Positions 32,487 to 46,849 of a stretch of DNA of 64,000 nt are shown piece after piece (position 1 is the first letter of the stretch; every line of letters starts with the position of its first letter). The position numbers were made by a program, and so were the translations under genes. Below the pieces are notes generated by a model. The model worked only from the letters and a program-made list of their open reading frames with translations, did not search any database and was not told where the DNA came from. Source of the stretch: the human T2T-CHM13v2.0 reference genome, Homo sapiens; assembly GCF_009914755.1 (NCBI RefSeq), contig NC_060947.1; one strand, written 5' to 3'.

Positions 32487-32729
32487 TCCTACTCAGTAGA
32501 CACATTTTTTCTCTGATACTCCCAATATTAGAATCCCATCCTACTGCATCCCTAATGGATGATAACATCGGTTAAGCTTCTAGTGACAAGAAGCCTGTTG
32601 CTCTGAAGTAGACCATTCTGTTTAGATAATGTAAAAGATGTGAAAGACAACTCCTTATTGCAGAGATCATAGTCTTCGGTGTCAGACGGACCTGGCTTAA
32701 GTGGTTCCTTCCTTCTAAACTTCTTTTTA

Positions 32730-33020
<291 letters not shown>

Positions 33021-33554
33021 ACCTTCTTTTTACTTTCATTCAACAAACATTTTATGAACAGGGGCGGGGGGGCATTAAGAAGTTGTCCTAAGTTGAGGAA
33101 ACAGGCTATGTGAAGTCCCAGAGACAAGAAATAAACAAGAAAGAGGAGAGCATGGTATATGTTAAAAGATAATTTTCAGAAAAAAAGATGAAGTCATGAC
33201 TCTCATACAAGTATAAAAATGAGTATATGTTAAAGAATTTGTTTTTCTCATGAGATATGAGTGAACTAGGCACATGTTATAACTAGTTCAAAAGAAAAGT
33301 CAAAACACCATAGTTTTATATGGAGTAAAGGAACATTGAGATTAGTTGCAAGTAATACAAAACTTTTTTCCACAGGGGCTGGGGAAGTCAATTAATCACT
33401 GCTGGGCAGGACATAACTTACACGTCTCTCAGTTACTTACAACTTAACAAAAACTTGCAAAATACCTCAATGACAATGAACAGGGCTAGAATCTGATGAC
33501 CCAAAAGAGTGTGCTATATAGTATGCATAGTTTTCCATTGAAACACCACATTTT

Positions 33555-33795
33555 TTTGATACATATTTGAGTAATTTAAAGATAGTCTGTGTGGCTGCAG
33601 AACAGTTCCAAATAGCGAGTGATTTATAGAGTGGTAAGCAAAAGCCAGATTATGAAGGGCTTTGTAAGCTAAGCTAAGAAATTTATGCAGGAAAATAATA
33701 TGAACAGATTTATGTTTTAGAAAGAACATTCTGGCTGCATTGTTATTGGAGGGACAAGATACAACGTATGGAGACCAAATCAGGAGACTGTTGTA
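33555..33795 (-). mobile_element. L2 LINE fragment
   Basis: gtgtggctgcag...gccagattatgaagggctttgtaagc...agatttatgttttagaaagaacattctggctgc. Confidence 0.7.
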
Positions 33796-33796
33796 A

Positions 33797-33985
33797 ATTG
33801 GATTCAAATCCTTTTTCTGCATTTACTAGCTGTAGGGTTTTCAGTGAAATTACTGAACCTTACTGAGCCTCAATTTTATCCTCTGGAAAATGGATAATGA
33901 TACATTCCTTGCAGGACTGCTGCGAGGATTACTATTATGTATGCAATGAGTCTGGCATGTAGTAGGCAGTAAATATTATTTTCAT
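33797..33985 (+). mobile_element. MIR SINE
   Basis: ggattcaaatcc...atttactagctgt...ctgagcctcaattttatcctctggaaaatgg...tctggcatgtagtagg. Confidence 0.8.
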
Positions 33986-34139
33986 TCCACTCTGTTCCCA
34001 CCTCACAGCCAAATTGTTAGAACATTTCAATACTGGGCCCAAACTTGCTTCCCTTAACCTATATGATTATGGAGGTCCTAGTGGTGCTATTTGAAAGAAT
34101 ATAAAATAAGTCTAACTTCTCTTGCCTCAACGTATTTGA

Positions 34140-34580
34140 AGATTTATCTCGTTTCCCTTAAGTCTTCCTTTTTGAAACTAATCTTTCTCAGTTACTTCAT
34201 CCGTTCTTCCTCTGTCTCCTGGATACTCTCTCTAGATGAGGCAAATATCTTTCCTAATTTATGGTACACAGAAATGAAATGACCGTAATACTCTAGGTAT
34301 GGCTGAAACAGTATAAAGTGGAACAATGATATCTCTTGATCTGGATAAGATTCTATTATATTGCCTAAAATCTCATTAGCCTTTTTAGCAACCGTGTCAT
34401 ATAATTGTTTCATCTTTAGCTTATAGTTAACAAAAATGCCACGATATAATTCATATAAACACCTGTTTGAGTGAGCTCTCCTTCATTTAGAGCATATGCA
34501 ATGATATTTTTAACTTAAAGATAGAATTTTATTTTGTCCACTAAATTCCATTTTTGTTTATTTTGGACTAGCTTTCTAGC
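34140..34580 (-). mobile_element. L3/CR1 LINE ORF2 fragment
   Basis: ORF 34192..34413 (YDTVAKKANEILGNI...QPYLEYYGHF) matches the CR1 RT C-terminal motif AAKKANAILGCI...RPHLEYCVQFW. Confidence 0.8.
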
Positions 34581-34949
34581 TTTAAAATGTATAAAAAATG
34601 TAGTATATATTTGTTCAAACATTATGAAATGGCATAACAATGAACAGTAAGCTTTCCCCCACTGAGATATTCTCATAGTCACCTTGCCCTGAAAGAACCA
34701 TTGTTTTCATTTTCTTATAAATCCTTTCAAAAATATTCTATTCCTATGCAATTAAATGTACAATTAGAAATACAAATGATAGCATACTACACACACTGGT
34801 CTGCACCTTGCATTTTACAATTAATAATTCCAACATAATATACGCTCTAAGAGGACAGAAATTTCTGTTTGTTTTTCAGCACCTAGAAAAATGTCTGACA
34901 CACAGAAGCACCATAATTTGTTGAATGCTGAACAATATATTTGGACAAG

Positions 34950-35830
34950 GAAACATTTTGTTCGAATTGTATTGGATTTATGGATTAACCTGGAAGAAAT
35001 TATAATCTTTTTGATACTGATTTTCTCATCCATGAATATACCACATGAACACTTACATTTCTCCATCTATTTAGGTTTTCTTTTATGCTCCTAATAATAT
35101 TTTATAATTTTCTTCATAAGAGACTTACACTTCTGTTGTTAGATATATTCTTTAGTCCATATGATAGTTTGTTTATTGTAAATAGTATCTATATTTGTTA
35201 TTTTACTTTTGAATTGTTTATTGCTGGTGTATAAGAATACAATCTTTGCACATTAATTGTATATCCAGCAATCTTTTAGTTATAAAAGCTTGTAGTTTCC
35301 CTTGAGTATTCTCTGTAGACAATCAAATCATCTCCAAATAATGTCAGCTTCATTTTTTCTTCTTTGTTATGACATATTTGATTTCATCATCTTGTTTAAT
35401 TGTGTTGGTCAGATTTTCAAAAAGAGTAGTAGTAGGAAATCTTTACTTATTCTTCACTTTAATGCAAATATTTCAAAGATATCACCCATGAGTTTATAGT
35501 TGTTATACATTTTCTGGTAGTGAACTTTTATTAAGTTAAGAAATTACTTTTTATTCTGTTTTCTAGTTTTTTTCCTGAAAGGGTGTAGATTTTTATCAAA
35601 AGCTTTTTTTACATTTCATCAGTTATTTTTCTATTTGACCTAATAATGTTAAAGGACATATCTATTTTTCTTGAATGCTAAACCATCCTTGCAGTCTTCA
35701 GATATATCAAACTTGGCCATGCTGTGATATGTTGACAGATTGCTATTCTAATATTTTATTAGTATTTTTGTGTCTATGTTCATAATTGAGATTGTCCTAT
35801 AGTAGTTCATTTTACTTATGTCCTTTTCTG
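34950..35830 (-). mobile_element. Old L1M ORF2 fragment
   Basis: T-rich antisense ORF2-like text; ORF 34821..35066 contains MDEKISIKKIIISSRLIHKSNTI (cf. [23 protein letters not shown]). Confidence 0.7.
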
Positions 35831-35854
35831 CTTTTTTTCTTAATTTAGCGTTGT

Positions 35855-36187
35855 TGTGTCTTAGTCTGTTCAGTCCACTATAACAAATTTCTTTAGACTG
35901 GGTAATTTATAAATGACAGAAACGTATTGCTCACAGTTCTGGAGGTTTAGAAGTCTAAGACCAAGATGCCAGCAGATTCAGTGGCTTGTGAGGTCCCGTT
36001 TTTCATAGATGATGCTTTTGTTGCTGGGTCCTCAACTCTTTATAATGGTACTTACCCATTCACAAGGGCAAAGCTTCTCTGAGCTAATTACCTCCTAAAC
36101 ACCTCACCTCTTAATACCACCACAATCACAATGGGGATTAGGTTTCAACATGAAGTTTGGAGGAACACAAACATTCAGAACATAGCA
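35855..36187 (-). mobile_element. MaLR solo LTR (MLT1A-like)
   Basis: tgtgtcttagtctgttcag...agactgggtaatttataaa...ctcacagttctggagg...ggattaggtttcaacatgaagtttggaggaacacaaacattcagaacatagca. Confidence 0.88.
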
Positions 36188-36264
36188 AGATATAATCAAC
36201 AAGTAAAAATTTTAAATATTTGGGGTGTACAATGTAATGTTTTGACATATATATAGCTCAAAAC

Positions 36265-36314
36265 TGTGTATATATATATATATGTGTATATATATATATA
36301 CACATATATATATA
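36265..36314. repeat. (TA)n tract containing a 42-bp perfect palindrome (36273-36314)
   Basis: tatatatatatgtg(ta)7cacatatatatata. Confidence 0.9.
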
Positions 36315-36602
36315 AACTAAGCTAGGTTCATTGAAGAACTGAATACTTTTTCTGGAACATTTATTTAAATTAGAGATTATATGTTCTTTGAAAGGTTGTT
36401 TTTGTAATTTGGTTGAGGGGGTGGATTTTCAAATATTTATTCAATCTTTTAACAATAATTGAAGGGCTGATCAGATTTTCTGTTTCTCTATGGCTCAGCT
36501 TAGAGAGTGTTTTCCATAAGTTTAATTTTATTTTAAAAAGTTATTAATAGTCTTCTCTTTTGATATTTAAAAATCTTCTCATTAAAATGCATTTAATGAA
36601 AT

Positions 36603-36863
36603 TGGTGCATACATATCATTACATATCCAGCAAAACCCATAAATTATACAACACCAAGAGTGAACCCTATTGTAAACTATGGGCTTTAAGTGATAATGAT
36701 GGGTCAATGTAGGGTCATCAGTTGTAACAAATGTACCACTGCGGTGGCGGGTGTTGATAATAGGGGAAGACGTGCATGTCTGGGAAAATGAATATGTGGT
36801 AATTTTATGTACCTTCTGCTCAATTTTGCTGTGAATCCAAAACTACTCTAAAAATAATCTATT
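36603..36863 (+). mobile_element. L1MC1/2-like 3' end
   Basis: acaccaagagtgaaccctattgtaaactatggg...tgtaacaaatgtaccact...caattttgctgtgaatccaaaactactctaaaaat. Confidence 0.85.
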
Positions 36864-36869
36864 CATTTT

Positions 36870-37790
36870 TTAAATGTATTTAATTATGGGTGAAGTTAAG
36901 TATTCATATATTTAATGGCATTTTAAAGTTTGTCTGTGAACCGTATGTCCATGTTGTTCACTCCTTTTTAATTGAATTGTTAGTGGGTTTTTTCGCGGAC
37001 TTCTAAGAACTCTCTATATAAATGGAATTAGATTTTTGTCCTATGTTACATTTTTTCACTTCTCTTTTATGTTTAGGATAGCTTTTGTGGTCAGATAATT
37101 GAAACTTTTCTGTTTAAATTTATCAGTTTTCCTACATGACTCCTCAGTTTTTCTGTTGCTTAGAAAGGCCTTCTTCAATATTAGATTATTTTATAAACAT
37201 TCTGTCATATTTTCATTTAGTATTTTTACAATTTTATTTTTTATTCTTAAGTCTTTTACTATCTGGAATGTATTTTAGGGTAAGGAGTCAGCCAATTATA
37301 CCAACATCAGTTATTGAATAATTTGTTTCCTGGCACATTTTAAATACCATCTAGACAATTAAAAAACTCCTGTATGTATAGGTGTTCTTTCTGGATACTC
37401 TGTTGAGTTCCATTGACCAGTTTGTTTTCTTATTATCCAGCCCCAGGTTGTTGAAATTATTATAGTTTGATAATATGTTTTTCAGTAGTTTTCTGGCTAA
37501 TCTTGTATGTTTATTTTCCAGCATGTTTAAATCGAAAAAGTCCTGTTGGCATTTTCATTTGGATCATAATTAAATTAATAGACTAAATTTTAGCCCTATA
37601 TGTGAATTGACATCTTAAAATATTGAATTCACATATTCAAGAACAGTGTATCTTTCTATTTGTGCAAGTTTTGTTTTATGCTTCTTAGTAATACTTTAAC
37701 ATTTAAGCAAGTCCTCATAGAAATCTTATATATTTTTGTTTAGTTCTGTTTGAAACAGAATCTTTATTTCCATTTATAATTTCTAACAAT
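36870..37790 (-). mobile_element. Old L1ME-type ORF2 fragment
   Basis: Degenerate antisense ORF2 motifs (gcttagaaaggccttc, atctggaatg, ttctggatactctgttgagttccattgac). Confidence 0.6.
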
Positions 37791-37881
37791 ATGAAAGTTA
37801 ATCATTTTCTATTTGTAAACTGGTGATGATAATAATCATTGCTAGCTCCTGGAGATACTACGAGGATTGAATCAAATACAA

Positions 37882-37964
37882 TTAGGTTGGGTGATGCAAA
37901 AGTAATTGCATTTTTGCCATTGAAAGCAATGGCAAAAACCGCAATTACTTTTGCACCAGCCTAA
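37882..37964. mobile_element. MADE1 (Hsmar1-derived MITE), inserted in a MIR (~37810-38000, +)
   Basis: ttaggttgg...tgcaaaagtaattgcatttttgccattgaaagcaatggcaaaaaccgcaattacttttgcaccagcctaa; near-perfect palindrome. Confidence 0.95.
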
Positions 37965-39439
37965 TAAAAGCACTTCACACAGTGCCTGGCACATAATAAT
38001 CATACAGTGCTACCCAGTTTTCTGTTTCCTTGTCATAGTATCTGGACTCTGCCTCAGTATCCTTGTTGGAAGATAAGACAAGCAATTCCAATCTCTAGTT
38101 CAAGAAAAAGTGGTGGCTAGTGATGTAAATGACTCATTCACTAATGATAAGCAATCAAAGCAATTCTCAGAAATCCTCTTCTCTGAATTTCAATCCTTCT
38201 GTCCAGATTGCCTAATAAAATACCAGAGCATAATATATTTTCTTCATACCCACTCAACACTTTCCTAATTACTGAGAAGGCAATAATGTGAAATCACTAG
38301 CAATGGTTAGGAAATTTTGCCAAGGTGAACAGCTTTGGATTATTATAGAAGGGAATTTGGTAGACTGGACAGATGCTTTCTGCTTCTGTACACCCATGTT
38401 AAGTCGTTCCTAGTAGTCTGAGCATTTGGTCCTGACGAGGCCAATCCTTGAAGCTTGAGATAAAGAGAATTTCAATTTTTGATCCCCTTTGGATAGAATG
38501 CTCTGGAGTTTTTGCAGTAAGGTACCAAATCTTGGTTGCCTAGAAGCAACAACAATTTATCTAGGGCTGGTGGTTGCAGTATCTAACTCATCCATGCATA
38601 TCAGCTCTAGCTCACAGGGGCCCCTGAAGGAAATAGGTCTAGCTCTTGGAAGCAAGTACAGCTTTTAAGACTGGCCTATATTCTATGATTTTTAGGGTTC
38701 TGAGCATGCCTCACTGCCCTTTAGAGTCCTCCTGTCAGCATACAGAGGCCTTTTACTCTGCGATTGAAAAAGATGTCCACAGGAAAAGGATTGCAGTAAT
38801 GTGAGGTTAATTCAGAACAAAAGACTTGGCTAGCTGGCTAATTTTTATAAAAAGAGGGCCTTGAATGTCTAGAGCAGGTATTACATTGAAGAAAAGTTTC
38901 CACAGAGTATTGATAATGGTTTTAAAAGGGGGATGGTTGGTTTGCTAAAGGCAATTTTCTTTAAAGCCAAACTTGAATACACTAATAGTCAAATTAACAA
39001 AATCACCATCTTTATTATATCCTGTCATCAGTGTTACTAACTTTATAGATCCATGCAAATGACTATCTGCAAGGCTCCAGAAAATGAACGTATACACATA
39101 AGGCCGCTGCTTTCTCATTTATTTAATCCGCATCCTTCTTACCTCGATCCTGCTATACCTATACATTTGGTTACATACCTTGTGCTGAATCTAAGCACAT
39201 TCTCAGACATTTCTCTTTTTCAATCTGGGCCTCAAGAGCATAAACAAACCCATGAATACCTAATCTTAGATAAGCAACTTTGCTTTGATTCATAGGCAGG
39301 CTAAGGGGTGTATCCAGTCTCATTCAGAACACTGAGTGGTTATTTGATTTAAAGCATAAATTGTAACTCTGTCCCCTTATCCTTGAGGATTTACAATTTG
39401 GTAAGGCATCACTACGATTGAACCTCGACTTAAATTAAT

Positions 39440-39560
39440 TCATGAAACAAACATTGATGGAATGTCCATAATACATTAGGGACGGTGTAAAGCAATGAGG
39501 ATATAAGAATGAATGAGGCATGGGCTCTGCTCTCAAGGCAGACTAGTTGAAAGATGATTA
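39440..39560 (-). mobile_element. L2 3' fragment (host of the L1PA5 insertion)
   Basis: caaacattgatgg...atgaggatataagaatgaatgaggcatgggctctgctctcaagg. Confidence 0.6.
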
Positions 39561-39562
39561 TA

Positions 39563-41612
<2,050 letters not shown>

Positions 41613-41848
41613 GAAGCAGTAAATCAGTAAATGCAGTGGTAGAGAGAAGCATTGTGTTCTGAGGCCCCAGGTTCAGAGGTGATCACCTAGGGGGCTAAGG
41701 TGAGAGTCTTGGAGCACAACACAGTTTGAGGTTTGAGCAGAGCAAGAGGATCTGGATGAATGGCCAGAAAATGAGCAAAGATAAAGGGCCAGAAAATGAG
41801 AGAAGCTGGTAGAAGAAGACTTCAAAGAAGTCAAAGAAAGAGAGAGAG

Positions 41849-42315
41849 CAATGTCTCCTTATTTCTTCTAACTCCCAGCTCCTGACCACCACTGTTTTAC
41901 TCTCTGCTTCCATAAGCTCAACTTTGTTAGATTGCACATATAAGTTAGGTCATGCAGTATTTGTCTTTCTGTGTCTGACTTATTTTACTTAGCATAGTGT
42001 TCTCCAAGTTTACTCATCTTGTTGAAAATGGAAAGATTTCCTTATTTTTATGGCTGAATACTTCTGAGGATCTAAAGTACAGCAGAGTAGCTATAGTTAA
42101 TAATATTGTATGGTTTACTTAAATTGTGTAAGGGAGCAAATTTGAAGTGTCCTCACCCCTCCCTCACACACAGACATACAAAATGATAACTATGGGTGGT
42201 GATGGATGTATTAATTACTTTGATTGTAGGAATCAGTACATAATGTATATGTATGTAAAATCATGATGTGTACCTTGAATTCGTGCAATTTTTGTCAATT
42301 AAATATTTTAAAATA
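41849..42315. mobile_element. Ancient L1MA/MB 3' end with 5' inversion (41849-42061 minus, 42062-42315 plus)
   Basis: Antisense block (...catgcagtatttgtctttctgtgtctg...tggctgaata) abuts sense block (ttctgaggatctaaagtacagc...); TSD aaagaaagagagag (41833-41846) / aaaggaagagagag (42316-42329). Confidence 0.75.
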
Positions 42316-43254
42316 AAAGGAAGAGAGAGGAGTTTAAGGATTCATCTCACTCTTTTGGTCTAGAGAAAAGGAGCTAATAGTGGGTGTGGTTGCTGGATAA
42401 GAAAGTCTCCCTGATGGATGGACTTGATTTACTCAATGAAATAAGAGGCTTAGGCATCCCTGGACAGTGATGGAAGAGATTGAAGAGTAAGATTCATGAC
42501 AGTCAAGTGTCTGGTCCAAACCATGGTGCCCAGGAGAGAATATGAGGGAAAATAAAGATGACGACTGCTACTACTACTAGTAATAAATATTTGCAAAGTT
42601 CTATTCAACAACTCTAACACTTGGAAATAAGGCTAGTGTGTAGAGGGATGGGACATCAGTAAGCAGAGTTCAACAATCTCTTTAGCTTCAGGGCCCTGCT
42701 AGGTTATTGAGGTAGATAATATTAGTATTTGGAGCCTTCTCATTTTCCTCTCTAAACAGCTCCACACACACTGTAGGTGCCAAGACTTTAAATTTGACTG
42801 CAGATGATGATGATCATGATAAGAAGGAAGAAGAGTTAATACTCATTCAGTGCTTTCTAAGTGACAGACATGGTCCTAAGCTCTTTTCAGGAATGAGAAT
42901 GGGCTAAATAGATGAGTTAATTCATGGAAAGTGATTATGTATGTATGTGTTTGTGTGTATATGTTCATGTATATGTATGATAAATATAATACAAATGACC
43001 TATGTATAACATATAAACTTCACACTGTTTCTAGTGCTTAGTAGGAGCTCTAATTTTTCCCTTTCTTCCTCCATCTTCCTTCTCTTCCTCATTACTCTTC
43101 CTAGTCATCCACCAATCCCCTCCCACACTGGAGCTGGGATAAGAGAGGTGAATGCAGAAGGGGTCTGTGTGTCATTGTTGCTGACAAATGACTGGTTAGT
43201 GGAAGAGAGAGAAGCCCTTGGAATTGTCTTTGGACTTGGTGTCTAAGAGTTTTC

Positions 43255-43370
43255 TTCCTATTGAAATTATAATTTCTTCAAGGACAGTAGCTATGTGGTA
43301 CCCTTGTTGTGTTCCCCATAAGCACCAGCATGGTGGTGGGTATGTAGTAGGTACTCAATAAACTCTTTGA
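43255..43370 (+). mobile_element. L2 3' end
   Basis: ttcttcaaggacag...gtgttccccataagcaccagcatgg...gtagtaggtactcaataaa. Confidence 0.65.
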
Positions 43371-44400
43371 GGCCAGTCTCGGCTTGGGGGTCCTGGTTAT
43401 TGGCACCATCAACATTTTCAGTGATCACTGAGGCAGGTCTTGGAGCCACAGCTGACAGGTTCCAATGAGCTCACAGACAGCAGCAGCTGGAGCCACCCAG
43501 TAGTGGCCCTCTTGGCAGTGCTCTGCAGGGGATAGGCCACCAGGCCAGGAGGCCAAGGACTTGCATTCCAGAGGCAGCTCACAGGTAACGCTGTTCAAAT
43601 CTCTCTACTACCTGGATTCTTATTTGTAAAGTGAAGGTCATAATCTTTACTTTGCCTCCTTCATAGAGGTTCTCTAAGGATCCAGTTTGGATGAGAGTCA
43701 TGAAAGCTCTTTGCAAAGTGAAAGGCATGCAGATGTGAAGGGATGATAACTCCCAGAGCGTGGCCTTGATTCAGAAGAAGACAGGAAGGGAGAGTCCCTG
43801 CATAACCCAGACAGAAGGGGGCTTTAATTTGTTTTCCTCCTGTTAAAACAACTTCCATGATTCAAGCTGGTACTGCATGTGGAACATTCTGTCCTTTGAG
43901 ATCTTCAGGGACAGGAGAATTTGCAAAGCAGTGAGGCTGCAACCAGCTCATGATGTAATGAAAAATACATGAAATATTGTGGGGTTCATAATTGTGCTTC
44001 TTCAAACATTCCCTGCCTAATAGCAGTCAAGTGAGATAGGTAGCTTGTCCTCTGCTCAATTCCCTAATAAATCTTTCCCTTCTTGCCCCTGATCTTGCAA
44101 TGTGGTCAGGCCCCACAGCTCTGTGTTGGACCATATTATCTTCTCTCCCCCTCCCTTTTCCCTTTCCCTTCCCATTTTCCCCTCCCTTTATCCTTCCTCC
44201 TCCTCCATGCATAACCTTAACCATTCTCTTGGCCTCACGTAACCACCTCCCAATTCTGTGCCACCTTCTCTCTAGAACTATAATGTGAGCCATACACCTG
44301 AAACTCTACTCAGATCCCCCCACAGGCCCCTCACAGTCACCCTCTCCAGAACCTAACTTTCCCTTCTTCCCACTTCAAATCTGCTGCTTCTTCAGTTTGA

Positions 44401-45271
44401 CGGGAGTGTTATAGGCCTTCCCTTGTAAAAGGGCAAACAAGATAGCCACCATCAAGGACTTGGAGCAACTCAGTGTTATGTATGGATACCCTCGAGGCAC
44501 ACATTTCACTGGACATGAGGTCTAAGATTGGGAACATGAAAAAGACATAGATTGGTTTCACTTGCCATATAACACCCAAGCAGCAGACTTAATTGAAAGG
44601 AAAAAATGGCATTTCAAAGGCACAACTGTGAACACTTCTGCAATCCAATACTTTGCATGGGTGGGTGAAGGTTTTGCCTCAGGTCACTAAAAACCTTAAT
44701 TTGGTTTAAACAAATACCGGGCTGGCAGCATACCAATGACTCAGAACGACTGCAGGAGAAGGTCCATTGACCATAGTTGTCAAGAAAGTCCAACCAGACA
44801 CATTTCTACCACAGCACATAAAAAGCCTATGACAAATGTTATTTAGGACTCCTCAAGACCTTGAACTAGGGGAGGGGGAGGGGACATGAATGGGGGTTGG
44901 ACTGGCAACTTCCCTGAGGTTGGATAGGATATTTCTTGCCAGAGAGTGAGGAATTCCCCTGCCAGATAACGTGGTCTCCATTGATACTGCTGGAGTCCCA
45001 GCCAAAATGCTCCACATAACCATACACTGGAACAGGGCCCCTTTTAAAGTTGGCCATTTGACATGGTCTTTTGCTGCCCCTGTAATCTTACAGATAATAT
45101 CAGTACCTTCTCCTTTCAGGCAACATGTTTGGTATGGACTCTCAGCCCATAATCCTTAGACCACCTGTTTCCTAACTGAGATGTCATAGCTCTCATAGTT
45201 ATGACAGTCATTCTGTTTGATGGGGAAGAAATGCCCTACCAAGTACTTACTAAACACTTGTATTTCTACCC
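44401..45271 (+). mobile_element. Endogenous retrovirus internal fragment (pol integrase and downstream), ERVL-class-like, no LTRs
   Basis: Manual translation from 44415: AFPCKRANKIATIKDLEQLSVMYGYPRGTHFTGHEV*DWEHEKDIDWFHLPYNTQAADLIERK, a retroviral integrase core with a stop, a deletion and a following frameshift. Confidence 0.8.
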
Positions 45272-46750
45272 ATCTACCTGTGAATGTACCTGTATTTTTT
45301 CTCTTCTTTCATGTTACTGTGAAAGAACCATCTCTGCTCCCTATCTAAGGCCAAACCCTCCATTTGTGCACTATCTCCCAACACCTCTAGGTTACTCAAA
45401 GATATTGCTCTAGCAATTTTCTCTTAATCTCCTGCATCAGTGGAGCTCTACTGGTTCATTCCCAGCACTATATAAACATACTGTTATCACTCACATCTTA
45501 AAGAAACTTTCCCTTGACCCCACTTGCCATAAATGTATGGCCTCATTTCTCTGGTTCCCTTCTTAACAAAACTCCTCAAAGGAGTTCTCTACTTACTGTC
45601 CCCAATTTTCTTTGGAGCCCACTCAAATCAGGCTTTTGCCTCGATCACTCCATCAAAACTGTTCTTTGTAGAAGTCACTAATGACCTCCACTTTGTTACA
45701 TTAAGTGATCAATTCCTATTCCTTATCTTTCCTTACCTATCAGAAACAATGAACACAATCAACATCCTTTCTCAAATACTTTCTTCACTTGACTTCCAAG
45801 AGTCCTCACTCTCTGGTTCTTCTCCTATCTTACTGGTTGTTCCTTCTCAGTCTCTGCTGATTCCTTTTCCTCCCTCTGTCCTCCAATCTCTGTGATCTCC
45901 ATGGCTCAGTCTCACAGTCTTCTCTTCTATTTGTACTCGTTGCCTTGGCAATCTCATCCAGATTCATGGTTTTGAATATTAACTATATAATGATGATTCC
46001 AAGTTTATATCCTAGGCCCAAACCTTTTCCCTAGTTTGCAGACTCATACTTCCAAAATGGAATTCCCCATCTTCAACTCCAAACATGTTTCTCCTATAGT
46101 CTCTCCCATCTCAGTAAATGGCAATTCCACTGTCATCCTTGGATCTTTTCTCACTCTCTCTTTCTTCCCCCTTTTTTTCCCACCCCACCCTGTTTATCTC
46201 TCTCCACATCCAATTCATAGGGGAAATTATGTTAGCATTACCTTCAAAATATCCAAAATTCAACTATTTCTCATCATTTTTATTGCCATGACTCTGGTCC
46301 AAAACATGATGTCATGTTTGGATCATTGCAATAGCCTCATCTTACTTGACTCTCTGCTTCTCTTCTATACTCCTACATTCTATTCTCCACACAGAAGCAT
46401 AAATGAACATTTTGAAACATAAGCCAAGTCATGTCACCCCTCTGCTTATAACCCTCCAATGGCTGCCATTTCACTCAGATGAAAAGCCAAAGTCCTTATA
46501 ATGGCCTTCAAGATCCTACCTAATCTGGCACCAGTCCCCATCCTTTATGTACTCTGACCTTATCTCCAACCACTCTCTTCTTTTTCTTACTTTGTTCTAA
46601 CCACATTGATCTCCTGACTCGTTTTACAACATGGTGGTTATATTCCTGCCTAAGGGCTTTCTCTCTTGTTACATTTGCCTAGAAGGATCTTCCCCCACGT
46701 GTCCACATGGCTTGTTCTCTCAATGAATGAAAGAACCAAAACACGAATGT
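45272..46750 (+). mobile_element. L2 LINE, long 3' portion
   Basis: Pyrimidine-rich L2 motifs (tctaaggccaaaccctcc, gtcactaatgacctccac, accctccaatggct, aaagccaaagtccttataatggccttcaagatcctac), ending in aatgaatga. Confidence 0.85.
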
Positions 46751-46849
46751 ATGATAAATAACTTTCTGAAACCCTCACAATACCCAAGCCCTTAAAGCAA
46801 TTCCTTTATATATTTTTATTTTATATATACTCTCTTAGGGCAGATTGAA

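Noticed and set aside
38425-38460. CTGACGA followed by a small stem, resembling a hammerhead ribozyme core (also CTGATGA-ggg...ccc near 6675)
   Set aside because: The required GAAA after stem II and a stem III with NUH are absent
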